A stretch of 64,000 bases of DNA from Chrysomallon squamiferum (taxonomy: Eukaryota; Animalia; Mollusca), in assembly GCA_012295275.1 (NCBI GenBank), contig CM022671.1, positions 7,502,001 to 7,566,000 of the forward strand, written 5' to 3'. Below, piece by piece: positions 14,471 through 28,872 of this stretch (position 1 is its first letter; each line of letters starts with the position of its first letter). Position numbers and translations under genes: made by a program. The notes beneath the pieces were generated by a model. The model searched no databases, was not told where the DNA came from, and was given only the letters and a program-made list of their open reading frames with translations.

Positions 14471-15240
14471 CTGGAACAAAATAAATGATATTTAATTAAA
14501 GTTAATATTGTTGTGATTATTATTATGATTATGATTATGATTATGATTATGATTATGATTATTATTATTTTGTTATTATTTTATTATTATTATTATTACT
14601 ATTATTACTATTATTATTATTTTATTATTATTATTATTATTATTGTTATTATTTTATTATTATTATTAATGTATTTATTTACTTACTTACTTTATTTAAT
14701 TATTATTATTATTATTTTTTTTTTCATTTATTTAGTATTTATTACAGTTCCTTCTCTCTTTACACAGGCAATTTCTTTTTCTTTTTTTTTTTCTTTTTTA
14801 AAAAATTCAATTTTCATTAATCGTTTCTTCTTTTCTTTTGTAAAATCTATTTTTGTTAAATTTTCAATTCAGTCTTTGTTACAACTATTATCAGAACGAA
14901 ATCATTATTGATGCTGTTCGTTTCACTGGCATCAGTTTGTAAGTAATACCTTTGAAAACCTACTCGAATTCGATTCACTTGAACGTTATATATTACTTGT
15001 TGATCTATAGCTCTTTTTTTGTCATTTTTTTTTTTTGTTTTTTTTTGTTTGCGGTTATTGTTTGTATGCAATTTCTTCTTTACAGACACAGACAGATCGA
15101 TAGGTAGATAGATTTGATGGATAAAGATAGATATATGGATGGATTGATGGATGGAAAGATAGATAGATATATGGATGGATGGATAGATAAAAAGATTGAT
15201 ATATATATAGACAGACAGAAAATAGAGATAAATATATATA

Positions 15241-16013
15241 CAGTGGTATCTTGACTTACGAGTTTAATTCGTTCCGTGACCGAGGTCGTAAATCAAATTG
15301 CTCGTATATCAAATCAATTTTCCCATTTTCGAATTAACTGAAATACCATTAATCCGTTCCAGCCCCCCAAAAACACTTCAGTTTTTTTAAAACGTGTTTT
15401 TAAATAAAAAAAAATGTATGTATAAATGACAAATATTGTATAAAAAAAACAAAATAAAAGAATGTAAAGAAATAAATTGATTTTGTAAAGTGTATAGGGT
15501 TAGGGTTTCTCTATCTTTTCATGGACAGAGGTCCGCAGCTTAGAAATTATTGTAACTCCTTTGGCTAGAGTTATAGCCTTTATCGATTCCTTTTGCTTGA
15601 GTATGGTACATATCGTAAACGTAGTACGCTTGTACTGCCTAGCCATGTTGACTACGCGCACGCCTCGCTCATGTTTTTCCATGAATTCATGCTTTAATTC
15701 AATGGACATCATCATCTTCTTCTCAGCACTGACCTTTGCTCTCACTTTCTTAGGGTCCATCCAAATTTGGCAAAATACTGCACAAAACGCGAGCCCAACA
15801 CAACAGAGATGCTTCCACGGCGAAATAACCACGTGAAGCAAACACGTGATACGCGGGATGGTGGGCGGATGTTGTGTTGTTCGTTGCGCCAACTAGAGGC
15901 GGCGTATCTGAAGCTCGCTCGTAACTCGGATTTTGGCTCGCAACTCAAAGCAAACATCGACCAGCTGGGCTACTCGTAACTCGAAAAACTCGTAAGTTGG
16001 AGCACTCGTAACT

Positions 16014-16017
<4 letters not shown>
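15241..16017 (-). mobile_element. Internally deleted Tigger/pogo element with the N-terminal (CENP-B-like HTH) transposase fragment
   Basis: TA|CAGTGGTATCTTGACTTACGAG at the left end and CTCGTAACTCGAG at the right end, cut off by (GA)n; 15760 to 15500 encodes MDPKKV...SIELKHEFMEKHERGVRVVNMARQYKRTTFTICTILKQKESIK...; no DDE domain. Confidence 0.9.
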
Positions 16018-16072
<55 letters not shown>

Positions 16073-16339
16073 ACTTGTTTCAGTATGTCTATTTCAAAAT
16101 TTCAACCTAATACAAATCAAAGTCCACGTTAAAATAACTTTATATTATGTTTACAACACGAATGTCGCTAGATACAGCAACAGTCCATAAAACGAAACCA
16201 TCTGACCAAACAACAGACTCTAGAAATATTTTATTTGAATCTTCCAAAGCAGAAACTCACATATGGTGGTCATTTATAAATCAATGAGGTGTCAACACTT
16301 TCGTACTTCAAATAAGTGACCTCCATAATGAAGTAATTG

Positions 16340-16730
16340 ATTCTGACCAAAAGGGCCATCACCCGAATGGTCATATCGTGTACTATCTTTATTAGTTTAG
16401 CTAGCAGACAAAGAAAGGAACATCAGGTCGGGTAATTCCATAGAAATATTGACCAGTAATAAGAGGAAGTAATTCTTGGAAAACATCTTGAAGACAAAAC
16501 GTAAGAGACAATGATTATATTTAATTAGTTACGCAGAAGGTGGCTGTTGCAGCTCCAGACTTAACACTTCGTCTCGACAACAGCTCGTAATGGAACATCA
16601 CCTTGTAGACGAAGTTACGCAGATATCAGTTTTATCCAGCTGTTACATTTTCTATAATCAGCACCAGACGATAAGCAGGCTATGTTATTATTACTTTTTG
16701 TAACAGGGTTCTTATCCCCATCCCATTTCA
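16340..16730. repeat. Second copy of the unclassified dispersed repeat
   Basis: Shares the motif blocks of 11200-11710 in the same order and orientation. Confidence 0.8.
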
Positions 16731-17018
16731 TATAGATGAAAGTCTCTTTCACTCTCCTTTTCCTTTATTTCTCTCTCATTCTTTCTTTTTTCTTTTCTTT
16801 TTTTACGCACTCTCTCTTTCTCTATAAGATATTAAAACATCAAAGTTGTGGTTTTCAAATAATGATGTTTCTTCTTGGAAAGTACAGATGAAAGATCTCG
16901 CGTCCAAGTTTCAAATAAAATATTGATTCACAAGAAATGATGTCCTCTCTCTCTCTCCCTCTCCCTCCCTCCCTCCCTGCTTCTTCCTCCCTCCCTCTCT
17001 CTCTCTCTCTCTCTCTCC

Positions 17019-17090
<72 letters not shown>

Positions 17091-17413
17091 TCTCTCTCTC
17101 GTTTACTTCAACAGAAAGAGACATTTTCTTAACAAACGAATCCATCAGCTTCTATTATTGCAATTAAATAATTAGACACCATCTGTGATGAATCAATAAA
17201 TCGGTAACTGAATACCATATAAGATATAAAATAATCTTTAATTTTAATTGTTAATCCGTTTAAATGAGATTAAATTAAGTCGCTCAAATTGGTCAAAACC
17301 AGTCAGAATTTAATTAGAAATTGATCTGAGTTATTTGATCAATTTATTATTTTTTATCACTACTGTAATATGAGTAATAATTACCATTTGGCTCGGAAAT
17401 ATTATTGAATGAA

Positions 17414-17570
<157 letters not shown>

Positions 17571-17979
17571 ACACCCTTGAACAAATAAATCTCTTTCTCA
17601 GACACTCCACACCCACGCACGTAAAACACACACTGATACTTTGAAACAACACGCCACACACACACACAAACAAACACACACACACAAACACACGCACACA
17701 CTCACACCACACACACACGCACACACACATCAAACACACACATAGTCTGGTATCTGATACATTCAGATGAGCAGATACAATGTATAAATGAACAGTAACA
17801 TCTAATACATTTCACACACTTGATTAATAACCTTATTGAAAAGACCGCGTTATTTTTCTTCTTATTAAATTTTACGTGTAAAATTACATTAACGTTAAAA
17901 GAACACTATGATTAACGCATTACAATAGTGGGCGTTAATCGATTCGATTTTACTCCGTCACAGCAACCATAACATATAT

Positions 17980-18026
<47 letters not shown>

Positions 18027-19259
18027 TAAGCAAATCAGTTTTTTCCGCATTTACACACATGTTGTTTAAAAAAATAAAGATTTTAAAAGCAGCACAAGAA
18101 TCATATTGATAGGCAGAAATTTACATCAGCATATTTTATATGTAACATTATTTTAGGAAATCTGTTCATGTATTAATATTTAAAAAAACAACCAAAAAAC
18201 ATTAAGCGATTCTTGTACAGAGAAGCATACAACAAAGCATTTTGTGTAAAACTTTAGTACTTCAAATTTTTTTATTTTCCTTTATTCATGCATATCTGTT
18301 GATTGTTAAAAAATTAAGATCGTAAAAAGTAACAAGGAGCTATATTGGTCTGAAATGCACAAGGAAACATTCTGTGTAAAAGGAATACCATAATGTTTTT
18401 TTTAAGATTTTCTAAGTGAATAATGTAGCAGTTTGTAAATTAATATTTATATAACAACACATCAAAACGCTTTTATCGTAAAGGAGCATTCACATAATAC
18501 GACTCAAAAAACCCAGTAACAACGATCTAATAATATGATGATACCAATATTAGTCTTACTGCTGGGAAATTTTTTTAAAATCGTTTTATGTGATCTTTTT
18601 GTAGTTGAATTTACAATGGAACAGCAGTCAGAAGCAAAATATTCAATAAAACCACTGCGACAAGGCAGATACCTAAACTGCAAAATAAGTAACTGTATAT
18701 ATATTTATCTTGAAAAGCCATTTCAGAAGTGCATTAATTAATTTATGTTAAATACCTTTTCGTCTTTTTCTTTATGTCTTTTTTTTTTTTTTTTTTTTCA
18801 TTGTTTATTTTGTATTTAAGTAAGTATGTACATTAAGTAAGTACGTGCCACTTCCTCTTGTCTTTCTTATTTATTTCGGTGTTTATGTTATTCTGTATAT
18901 GATCCAGGAACAGAACCATTTTATCTGGCTTCCAAAAATCCGGAAAATACAACGGACAGCAGGCTATTATTTTTAAAACTGAGATCTCTTAAACTAGGCG
19001 CACTTTGTTCGCTGCTTTGTTTTCATTTCCGTGAGTTCTGCTAGGAGACCTGTACAGGTGTACTGAATAACTGCTAAATATAGACGGACAGACAGACAGA
19101 CAGGCAGGCAGATAGATAGATAGAGAGACAGATAGATAGAGAGACACAGACACATATAGATAGATAGATAGATGGATAGATAGATAAACAGATAGATAAA
19201 CAGATGGATGGATGGATGGATAGATACATTGTCAGATAAAAAGAGATGTATAGATAGAC

Positions 19260-19349
<90 letters not shown>

Positions 19350-20712
19350 AAACACATATAAAGAAAGATAGATGAATAGAGATAAAGAGATATAGGATAA
19401 GAGAGATAACTTGTTTCAGTATATACATTTAAAATTTTCAACCTCATACTAATCAAAATCCTCATTAACATAACTTCATATTGTGTTTACAACACGAATG
19501 TCGCTGAGTACAGCTGAACTGAGTAAAACGAAACTGTCTGATGACAGTAAACAAAGAACAAAACCAAACATACGAGAGTCTGATTGACTGCTTTGTCTCG
19601 GTGACAAAGACTCTCATTATAGTGCAAATAAACAAGACTGGTCTGTCATAAAAGAAAACCAATGTATACAGACCATGATGAGACACAACAAGCACATATT
19701 TCATATGAACTTCCTTCTTTTATCTTATAAACATTAACAACGTAAGAAGTATATTTGTTTGTACGGGAATACCTATGGCGTTATTATATAATATAGACAT
19801 ATAATGATGGTTATAAAGAAAAATCACACAAAGAAGGAAGTATATGAAATGTAATATATCAAGGAGTCTGTTGAAGTGATAAATTATCATTTATGATATA
19901 TATGTTGTATTATATAACATGGTTGATTTAAGTCAGTAAAGCAATAGAAAGACTTAGAATTTATTAATTAATTTACGACTGTAAAATTCGAGGGATAATA
20001 ACGTATAGATCTGTCAGCTGCAGTTACTCATTAACGTAATAATATGACAGCGTGAAGCAGAAAAGATTAATTTCTTTTAAGAAAATACCTTTCCAAAAAG
20101 AGAAAAAGAAAACGATTATTCAGCTGGTTTAGAATGTAATTATACCTTATGACAAACGCAGTGCATGTTAAAATTCATTATGAATAAAAATATCGAGTGA
20201 AGCGTAGTATAAAAGCCTAACAAAAACATTTAACACCCACCATTTTTTAAAAGCAAGCGCGGTTTGAAAATTGATATTGTTCGGTACGTTACTGCTATTA
20301 ACCAGTTAACTAATTCATGTGATATCGAACGAAAAAACAAAAATCCCTGACAAAAAGTGCCTACGTTATTTGCACCTAGATGAACTGTCCTTATTACATC
20401 ATCGACATCAGTTAAATTATATTAATAATGGTGGTATACGTATAAATAAATAAAAATACGACAAAGAAAGGGTATATTCGGTGTTAAAATATTAATTTAT
20501 ATATATTTCGAAATATATTTAATTAGTATTTTAGTTAAGTTAACTGGGTCTTTTTGCTTTCAGTATAAAATATTAAAATAAATGTAAGATAATTTAATTT
20601 AAAATTACACTGGAGAATCGAAAGATTATAAACTTCAGTTTGATAATCTATCAATGGTTACATTCTCCGATCTAACATTTCTGATATGTATACGTATATA
20701 AAAAACACACAC

Positions 20713-21075
20713 ATGGCTACAGAAAACATTATAAGGAGATGGATACATAAAACATTCTAAGAAAACGGCTACATAAAATATTCTAAGAATATGGCCACAT
20801 AAAACATTCTAAGAATACGGGTACATAAAATATTCTAAGAATATGCTACATAAAACATTCTAAGAAGATGGCTATGTACACAGTTCTAAGAAGAAGACTA
20901 CATAAAACATTCTAAGAATATGGCTACATAAAATATTCAAAGAATATGGCCACATAAAACATTCTAAGAAAATGGCTATGTACACAGTTCTAAGAAGAAG
21001 ACTACATAAAACATTCTAAGAATATGGCTACATAAAACATTCTAAGAAGATCACTATAAAACAGCGTTATAGAAA
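20713..21075. repeat. 26-bp minisatellite (ATGGCTACATAAAACATTCTAAGAAT), about 13-14 units
   Basis: Units read directly; a variant unit ATGGCTATGTACACAGTTCTAAGAAG occurs twice. Confidence 0.95.
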
Positions 21076-21183
21076 TATACCTTTTTAATTAGTGCTGCCG
21101 TTATTATTTTTTTTGGTGTTTTTTTTTTGTGCGTTTTTTTTTTCCCCACAGAACAACAAAACGAATTATATGACACAGTGTAC

Positions 21184-21392
21184 CTTCTGCTGATGGACGT
21201 AGGTCATCCCTTTTGCTATCTGCCACGCAAAAACCATGAGTTCTCTCTCCTCAGTGATGTTAGGTTTCTCCTCTTCAGAAATGTTGCCTTCAGGAGAGAT
21301 GCTCACGTAGTTCTCCATCTTGGACGATTTGTCCTTCAAGTACGACAGCAGGTCACCGAGTTCTGCGTATTCAAGAATCAAAGCCATCTGAC
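21184..21392 (-). CDS. Kinase subdomains V-VIa with short insert: (G)QMALILEYAELGDLLSYLK...ELMVFAWQIAKGMTYVHQQK
   Basis: 209 nt, phase 1-0, tttcag / GTACAC. Confidence 0.93.
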
Positions 21393-22198
21393 CTGAAATT
21401 AAAAACAAACAAAAAAGTGAAGTCCAGCGTGCAAGAAGTGTTGAAAGCAAATTTATGAAAATAGAAATGACAAGCAAAAAATGTATAACTGTCTTGTTTT
21501 TTAGCATTCATGATGAGATCATGTTGAAATCAAAAGTTTTGAGATCCTTTGTATTGGTTTTTTGTTCTTGGTAAATAAAATGAGCTGCGACCACGTTGCA
21601 AAATATCTGATATCGTTTTCGTGAGTAAAATGACGTGATGTTTATTTCTCACTCGTTGATATACGGTCTTGGAGTACTGGATGGCTTGGGAAAAAATACC
21701 ACACAGTTCTATTGATGATGCTAATATTAATCAAAACTACTTTTGATGTTGATGATAATGGATCATAAAATATTATATTTTTGAAGATTAATCGTTCAAG
21801 AACATGACAAACACACGCAAAGAGAATAAAACAGAAAGAGAGCATTAGAATTAATGAGAGAAAGAAGTATACAGTCGCAGTGAGAGATAGAAAGAATGAT
21901 AGAGAGACAAAGAGAAAGAAATTGGGATGGAGAGTTAGGGAGTTAAACGGAGAGTGTTTCAGAGTATTTGATCATCGCTTTTAATTTATATTCTTTTTAA
22001 AATATCTTCCAAATAAATGTTTTCTTATCTTACATATCGGTTTCTGTGTATTGTTAAACTAATATTTCAAAGCCTTCAGCGTTGAGTTTGTTCTAGTTTC
22101 TGAAGAAATTACATATATATGTGTGTGTGTGTGTTTGTATGTATATATGTATGTCTGTATGTACATATAATTATTATCAGTAATACTTGTGTATTTAC

Positions 22199-22309
22199 CA
22201 TTCAGAATACATGATCCAATAAGACCGATGATGTTGCTATGGTGACCAAGAAGTCGCATCTGTTCATATTCTTGCCTCAAAGCCATTTTTTCATCGACTG
22301 AGCAGTTCA
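22199..22309 (-). CDS. Kinase subdomains III-IV: (V)NCSVDEKMALRQEYEQMRLLGHHSNIIGLIGSCILN
   Basis: 111 nt, phase 1-1, tttcag / GTAAAT; alphaC Glu and HxNIIxLxG. Confidence 0.93.
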
Positions 22310-23119
22310 CTGAAAGAAAATAATAATAATGATGATACTGATGATGATGATGGTAATGAAAATGGAATATGATGATGATGATGAAAAGAGTATAACAATA
22401 GCAAAAATAATAATAATCACAACACTAATAACAATAATAATACCAATAATCAATAATAATATTTTATAAGTTTGATTTCTTGATACAGAAAAAAATAAGG
22501 TACGCGCTATAAAAGATTATATATGCATATATGTATGTATGTATGTATATGTATGTATGTAGCTATGCACGTACATATGCATGTAACTAGCTTTGTATGT
22601 ATGTGTGTGTATACATGTATGTAAAAATGTATGTAAGTATGTGTGTATGTGTGTAACACAAGCATACACACATAAAACTAAAAACGCATGCGTATACTTT
22701 CGTACTAGTTTACACGCGTACAGACAGACGTACACAAAATGATTTTACGTGAATATTAAAAGTACTGAACTAGATCAGATACTCTGACTCTAATTAAAGT
22801 GAACATGTTTACTCACTTTGTCTAAAATGAAAAAAAAAAAAAATGGTGGGTGAACGCTTCATCTTAATTCTGATAAAGCTGGCCATAATCCGTGGTAATG
22901 TTAACCCACGCCTTGTAATTTGTTTTTTCTTATAAATATAAATCATTGCGATACAGTTAATAATAATAAATCACTTTAATTTTTTATTATGCAAAATGTG
23001 TTATGGAAAAGCTTTTTGAATTTACTAATACAAGAAAAAAATTAAAATTTTTACAAACGACTTGATGTTAATATTGGATGTATTAAAACTAGTGCTGAAC
23101 GAAATTGATAAAACAAGAA

Positions 23120-23305
23120 CCACATCAACAATATGCAAAAACAGCAACAAAAAGAACACCCAGCAATAACAACAACAAAATCTACAAGAAAGAAAAAGGA
23201 CAAAGAAAAAAACATCAATAATATCAAAAACAGCAACAAAAAGAACACCCAGCAATAACAACAACAAAATCTACAAGAAAAAAAAAGGACAAAGTAAACA
23301 ACATC
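23120..23305. repeat. Direct tandem duplication of about 90 bp
   Basis: AAAACAGCAACAAAAAGAACACCCAGCAATAACAACAACAAAATCTACAAGAAA occurs twice. Confidence 0.85.
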
Positions 23306-23355
23306 AAATTAAAAAGGGGGAAAAAAAACAAAAAAAAAAGGGAAAAAAAAATTAA

Positions 23356-23399
<44 letters not shown>

Positions 23400-23652
23400 G
23401 TCATACAACAACAAACAATCAAGCAGTTCATATTATTTCAGATATCCCAATTAGAAATCTGTTTGTTAATTTATAACCTACGATCTATTTATTTGCGAAA
23501 CCAATAACCTACGTATTTTGGAAGAAGTGAAAATGTACTGCACGAGAAACCATTAACCAAGATACAAGAGGCTTCCCAAGTTTTACTTTAAATCCTTGTG
23601 TGGGCTTTTTTGTGTTGTTTTGTGTGGGTTTTTTCACACTTTTATAATAGAA

Positions 23653-23787
<135 letters not shown>

Positions 23788-24671
23788 ATACCCAGAATAT
23801 GTTCACAGAAGACTACTTTTAAACAGAAAATTGAGATCTCCTTTCAAGTTGATGTGATTTTTTTTTCCATCATTATTTTATTATTAAGTCAAATAACCTC
23901 AACATCACAATAGAAATTTGTATTTACTTGCTTACTCAATATTGATTATAGACGCACACAAAGCATTCAGGAATTAGCTTAATAAGACCGGACGTTGAAC
24001 GTTATTATTTTACAATTCTTTGAGTATAATAATGACAGAGATAATAATAATCGTATGTTATCTAAACGACTCCAGTTTCAATTATCAAGCTTCACTTCAA
24101 CGTTCATTCGCTTTGAAAATAATTAATTGAAAGTGATTATTTAAACTGAAATATAATATTTGAAACGAAATAGGCTTATATACTGAAAAAAAAAAAGAAA
24201 AAGAAAAAAAAAAAAAGAAAGGAAAAGCAGAAGGGAGAGAGAGAAAAAAGAAATAGAAAAGAAGAAGAAGAAGAAATAAAGAAATGAAGAGAAATGAGAT
24301 ATAGTCGAAGAAGGAAATTAAAAGGATAAAAGGTGGGGTTTTTTTTTGTTTTTCATTGTGATGTAATATAATAATAATATGATGACGTTGCTATTGCGTA
24401 ATTCTGAAGAAACATCCAAGACAACCATTGTTTCGTATCCGTAGTGACTAATGACATGGCAGTTATTATTCGTATGTGCATAAATATCGTCAAGCAACCA
24501 GCGAAAAACCGTCACAGGTACAATAAAACATATCTGATAAAATCGAGATCATGATATTAGGATGCAGATTATCCAGCAAGGATATTTGTGGCATTTGCAT
24601 GATGGTGACGATGATGATGATGACGATGACGATGATGACATAATATGATGTTGATGATAAATAAATTAATA

Positions 24672-24706
<35 letters not shown>

Positions 24707-24784
24707 AATAATAATAATAATAATAATGATAAAAATAACAACAACAACAGCAATAATAACACAACAAAAACCTTTTTAAGAAAA

Positions 24785-24803
24785 TCTCTACCACTGAGCT
24801 ATA
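24785..24803 (-). mobile_element. tRNA-derived SINE head remnant (Pol III A-box only)
   Basis: Minus strand TATAGCTCAGTGGTAGAGA; no B-box or cloverleaf follows. Confidence 0.4.
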
Positions 24804-25779
24804 TAACTCATAATTCAAAGAAATCAGAAAAACTGACTAATATTTATTATCGCTAATTCATTCATTATCGCTAATATTTGTTATCGGTAATACACCTGAC
24901 TCATTCTCATATTTCATAACGTTATCATTGATTTTAAAAAGAAAAATCATTTCTGTCGCACTTAAAGTAGTTTTTAGGCAACCTTTTTCTAGTGTACAAA
25001 AATTCAGTACATCTTATGTGCGTTTTCTACGAGTACGTAAAATTAGCATGGAAATGAAGGAACATTGACTAGAGACATTACGGGACTGTGCATACAGTTA
25101 GTGAAACGTCTACGGTAATACAATCGCATTTAATTGAAACATTACGATAGATTATAAAAATGTCGGAGATCAGTTAAAAAGGCATTTAGCCTACAGAAAC
25201 ACAACATACTCGGTCAGTTACCGATAATAAATACGTTCCTAAGTTCAGTACGCTGGTTTAATGTCCTCATAATGAAAATGTAACTTGCAGCGACTCTGGA
25301 AAATTGGACTTCAGTGTATTAGAAGTATAAATTAATCCATATTTCTTGAAAACGATTTGCACTGAATTGATACAGCGGGGGCATCTAATCACGAATATTT
25401 ACCAAAATTCAATGAAGAGTTTAATAAAAAAAAAAAAAATTGTAAATGATACTTTAAGGTTACAGGTTCAACAACCTTAAGAGTACTTGTTTTATCTGTT
25501 AGGTCATATAAGATACACATTCTGAAAGGATTATTTGAAAACGATAACATTTCAAAACGCCGTAATTTGTAATTCAAATTTAGCTGTGGTTTTATTGCAG
25601 TACATTATTGATTTACATTAATTTTTTTTTTTTTTTTTTTGATCTTATAAACCTGCAGATTCATCAAATTTACCAACAGTCAAAGTTTTATTTGTTTTCG
25701 TGGCAGAACACATAAAATATACATTTAAAGAGATTTTTTCAAAACTCGCATTCTCTGTCTTTGAACGCACAGTAATGTT

Positions 25780-26160
25780 TCCATATACCGCATTGTCTAA
25801 AGTAAATTAATCTACATTCATATTTAACTAATATTTATATGAACCTTAATTTACCTATACTTATACTGAACTCTGTTATCTATATACCGTGAAATTTCAA
25901 GAATGTTTGCCTACGTTCATATTTATGTACTTTCTTTCAGGTAAATTTACCTGCATTCAAATTTAACTACATTTCTATACACCTTAATATTTCAAATCGT
26001 TTTATCTATATTTCTATGTACCGTAATGTTTCAAGTATATTTACCTTCGTTCATGTTTAACTATCTTTCTATATACCGTAATAACAAAAGTAAATTTACC
26101 TACATTCATGTTTAACAAAATTTCTACCTGCCGTGATATCTCAAGTATTATTCAACTTAT
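25780..26160. repeat. Degenerate tandem repeat of about 55-60 bp
   Basis: Recurring GTAAATTTACCTACATTCAT.TTTAACTA...TTCTATATACCGTAAT. Confidence 0.7.
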
Positions 26161-26334
26161 TCAAGTGCACCAGCTTGATTCAAGTCTTAGCAAATAATCG
26201 ATCAGAGTTCATGTTTGATTTCTGGCTTAGACAAATATCTGAATTAATTCCACGTTGTTGAACTGTTGTAAATATCACAAGCACCGCTTAGGTTAAAATA
26301 GTACAATGCAAGAGAGAATTTAAAAAATAAAACA

Positions 26335-26365
<31 letters not shown>

Positions 26366-26839
26366 AGAACAACAGCAACAACCACAACAACAATAATAAT
26401 AACAATTATAATAATAATTAAAAACAACAGTAATAACATGAGCAAAAAATAATAAAATAACAACACAACTTATTAATAATAAGAAAAGAAATAATAAAAA
26501 AATTATTTTTCGCTTTAAGGAACATTTTTTGTTAAGCATATCTGATTATACAGAGATGTGATTAACAGTTTGATGTGAAGACATGAAATATTAATCTGTG
26601 GAACCAAAGACATCTCATTTATTTAACTGTGACAGAAAAATTAAACAAAAGAGCCCACAGCAAATGAGAGAAGGAAAGATTAAGTAAAAAAAATAAAATA
26701 AAATAAACAAACAAAACAAGATATGCCTTTGTTAACATGTCATCGTTTTCTTGTGATATTTAAACTGTATATTTGAAGAATAGTTTGTCATTTAATTCCA
26801 TAGTATTTTTTTTTTTTTTTTTACAGTTTCTTTCTTCTT

Positions 26840-26870
<31 letters not shown>

Positions 26871-26946
26871 CAAATTTGTCTTGAGAGTTGAATTATCACG
26901 AATCGCTTATTAACGAATTTTCCAGAACTGTTGAAGACAATCTTGA

Positions 26947-26980
<34 letters not shown>

Positions 26981-27095
26981 TTTCATCTCATTGTTGCTGA
27001 TTTACAGTACTATCTTCTTATTATTATTATTTTTTTTATCACTGCTACTACTACTATTACTACTGCTGCTGCTGCCACGACCACTATTATTATTA

Positions 27096-27166
<71 letters not shown>

Positions 27167-28831
27167 TAGAAATAGTAGTAGTAGTATATTTGTATATATA
27201 TTAAGCAGTATTGTTAGTGTTACCATTAACAACAGGAGTTCTGGAACTAATTTGTTTATGAAAGCCGTCATCATCACTTTCTTCTTCTTCTTTTCTTATC
27301 ATCAAAATCATCATCGTGATTGTCATTAGCACTAGTAGTAGTGGTAGTAGTAGTAGTAGTAGTAGTAGAAGTAGTAGTAGTAAAACTTGTTTCTTTTTGT
27401 ATTCATTTCATTACTGCTGTATTAATTTTTTTTTTTTATAATCTTGTCCTTCATCTTGTCCTTAATCATAATAAAATATATTTTCATTTTCTTTTATTAC
27501 AATAATTATTTTATTTTATTCTTTTTTGTTACGTCTTAACTTTTGATCTCACTACAGCTATAGTAATGTTTCAAGAAAATATTGTTTTTGTTTTTTTTAA
27601 TTACCTGATCTTTGAACGCATAGCCAACGTTTTTATTTTGTTTTTTTAAATTATTATTATTACTATCATGGTCATAGCGAAGTCTCACAAACAACAGATC
27701 ACATAATTTTTTTTCTTCAGAAAGATTAGACGCCATTATTGCGAATGACATAACTTTCATGTTGAAATGAGATGTCTTCTTAAGCGTTAGAAGTAACAGT
27801 TATTATGTCTTGTTGCTGGAAGGGAAAAAAAGCAGCAGTAAAATCGTTGAAGATATTTTCTGAAGGTAACGACCTCACGTGTTGTCGTGTTAACCTTCCA
27901 AAGGTCATACATTTTTAGAACAACAAAGGTCAAGGCTGGATGCGCAGACTTTCATTGCCTTGTTACATACCTTAATTACGTTCTGGCCAGTGAAATAAGA
28001 GTTTACAAAGTCTCTGTAGAAAACCATTAAAAAAATGAGATGTTATTGTGATCAGTTGCAACAATAATTAAAATTTATATTTTTTTTCTGTCGTGTATAT
28101 TTAGATAGTTTTAGTCATTAGCTATTAAACTTTTTCAAGAAGCATCTGGAGAAGTGATTAAAAAACATTAGTTCGTCTAATATGTTTGTAAGTCCCTGTA
28201 GAAAATTGTAAGAAATTTAAGATGTTATACAGCATATTACTAAGTTGTTAAACAGCTCATCAAACTAATCTGCTCTGAATCGCTCGAATTAAGCACAGCT
28301 GTGAACAGACCTGTATTCCACTGACTCTGTTACTACTGAGTGTCTGACTGCATCTGTTACCACCACTACTACTAAAACAACTACTACTACTCCTATTACA
28401 AAACCTGATAATGCTATTATCATGTACATCAACTGCCTCTGCTACGACTATTTTACTTCAGTTTACTGTTAAAGCTACATCTATTACTAATACAACAACT
28501 ACACTATTATTACTACTATTACTACAAATATTACTACTACCATTATTATTGTAACAACTACTGCTACTGCTACTACTACCACTATTATTATTATTTCTAT
28601 TACTACTACTGCTACTACTATTCTATTACTACAACTACTATCACAACTGTTATTATTACTACGACTACTGTTTCTGCTTTCTACAACAGCAAACTACTGT
28701 AACTACTATTGCTACTGCCACTACTTTTATTACTATTATTATCATTTTATTGTTATCATTGTTGTTGTTGCTGTTTTATTGTAATATTAATAATAATAAT
28801 TATTATTACTGTTGTTGTTGTTATTATTATT

Positions 28832-28872
<41 letters not shown>

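Noticed and set aside
20713-21075. CRISPR-like array
   Set aside because: Head-to-tail units without unique spacers, inside a eukaryotic intron.
24785-24803. tRNA gene
   Set aside because: Only the A-box/D-arm is present; no anticodon arm or T-arm.
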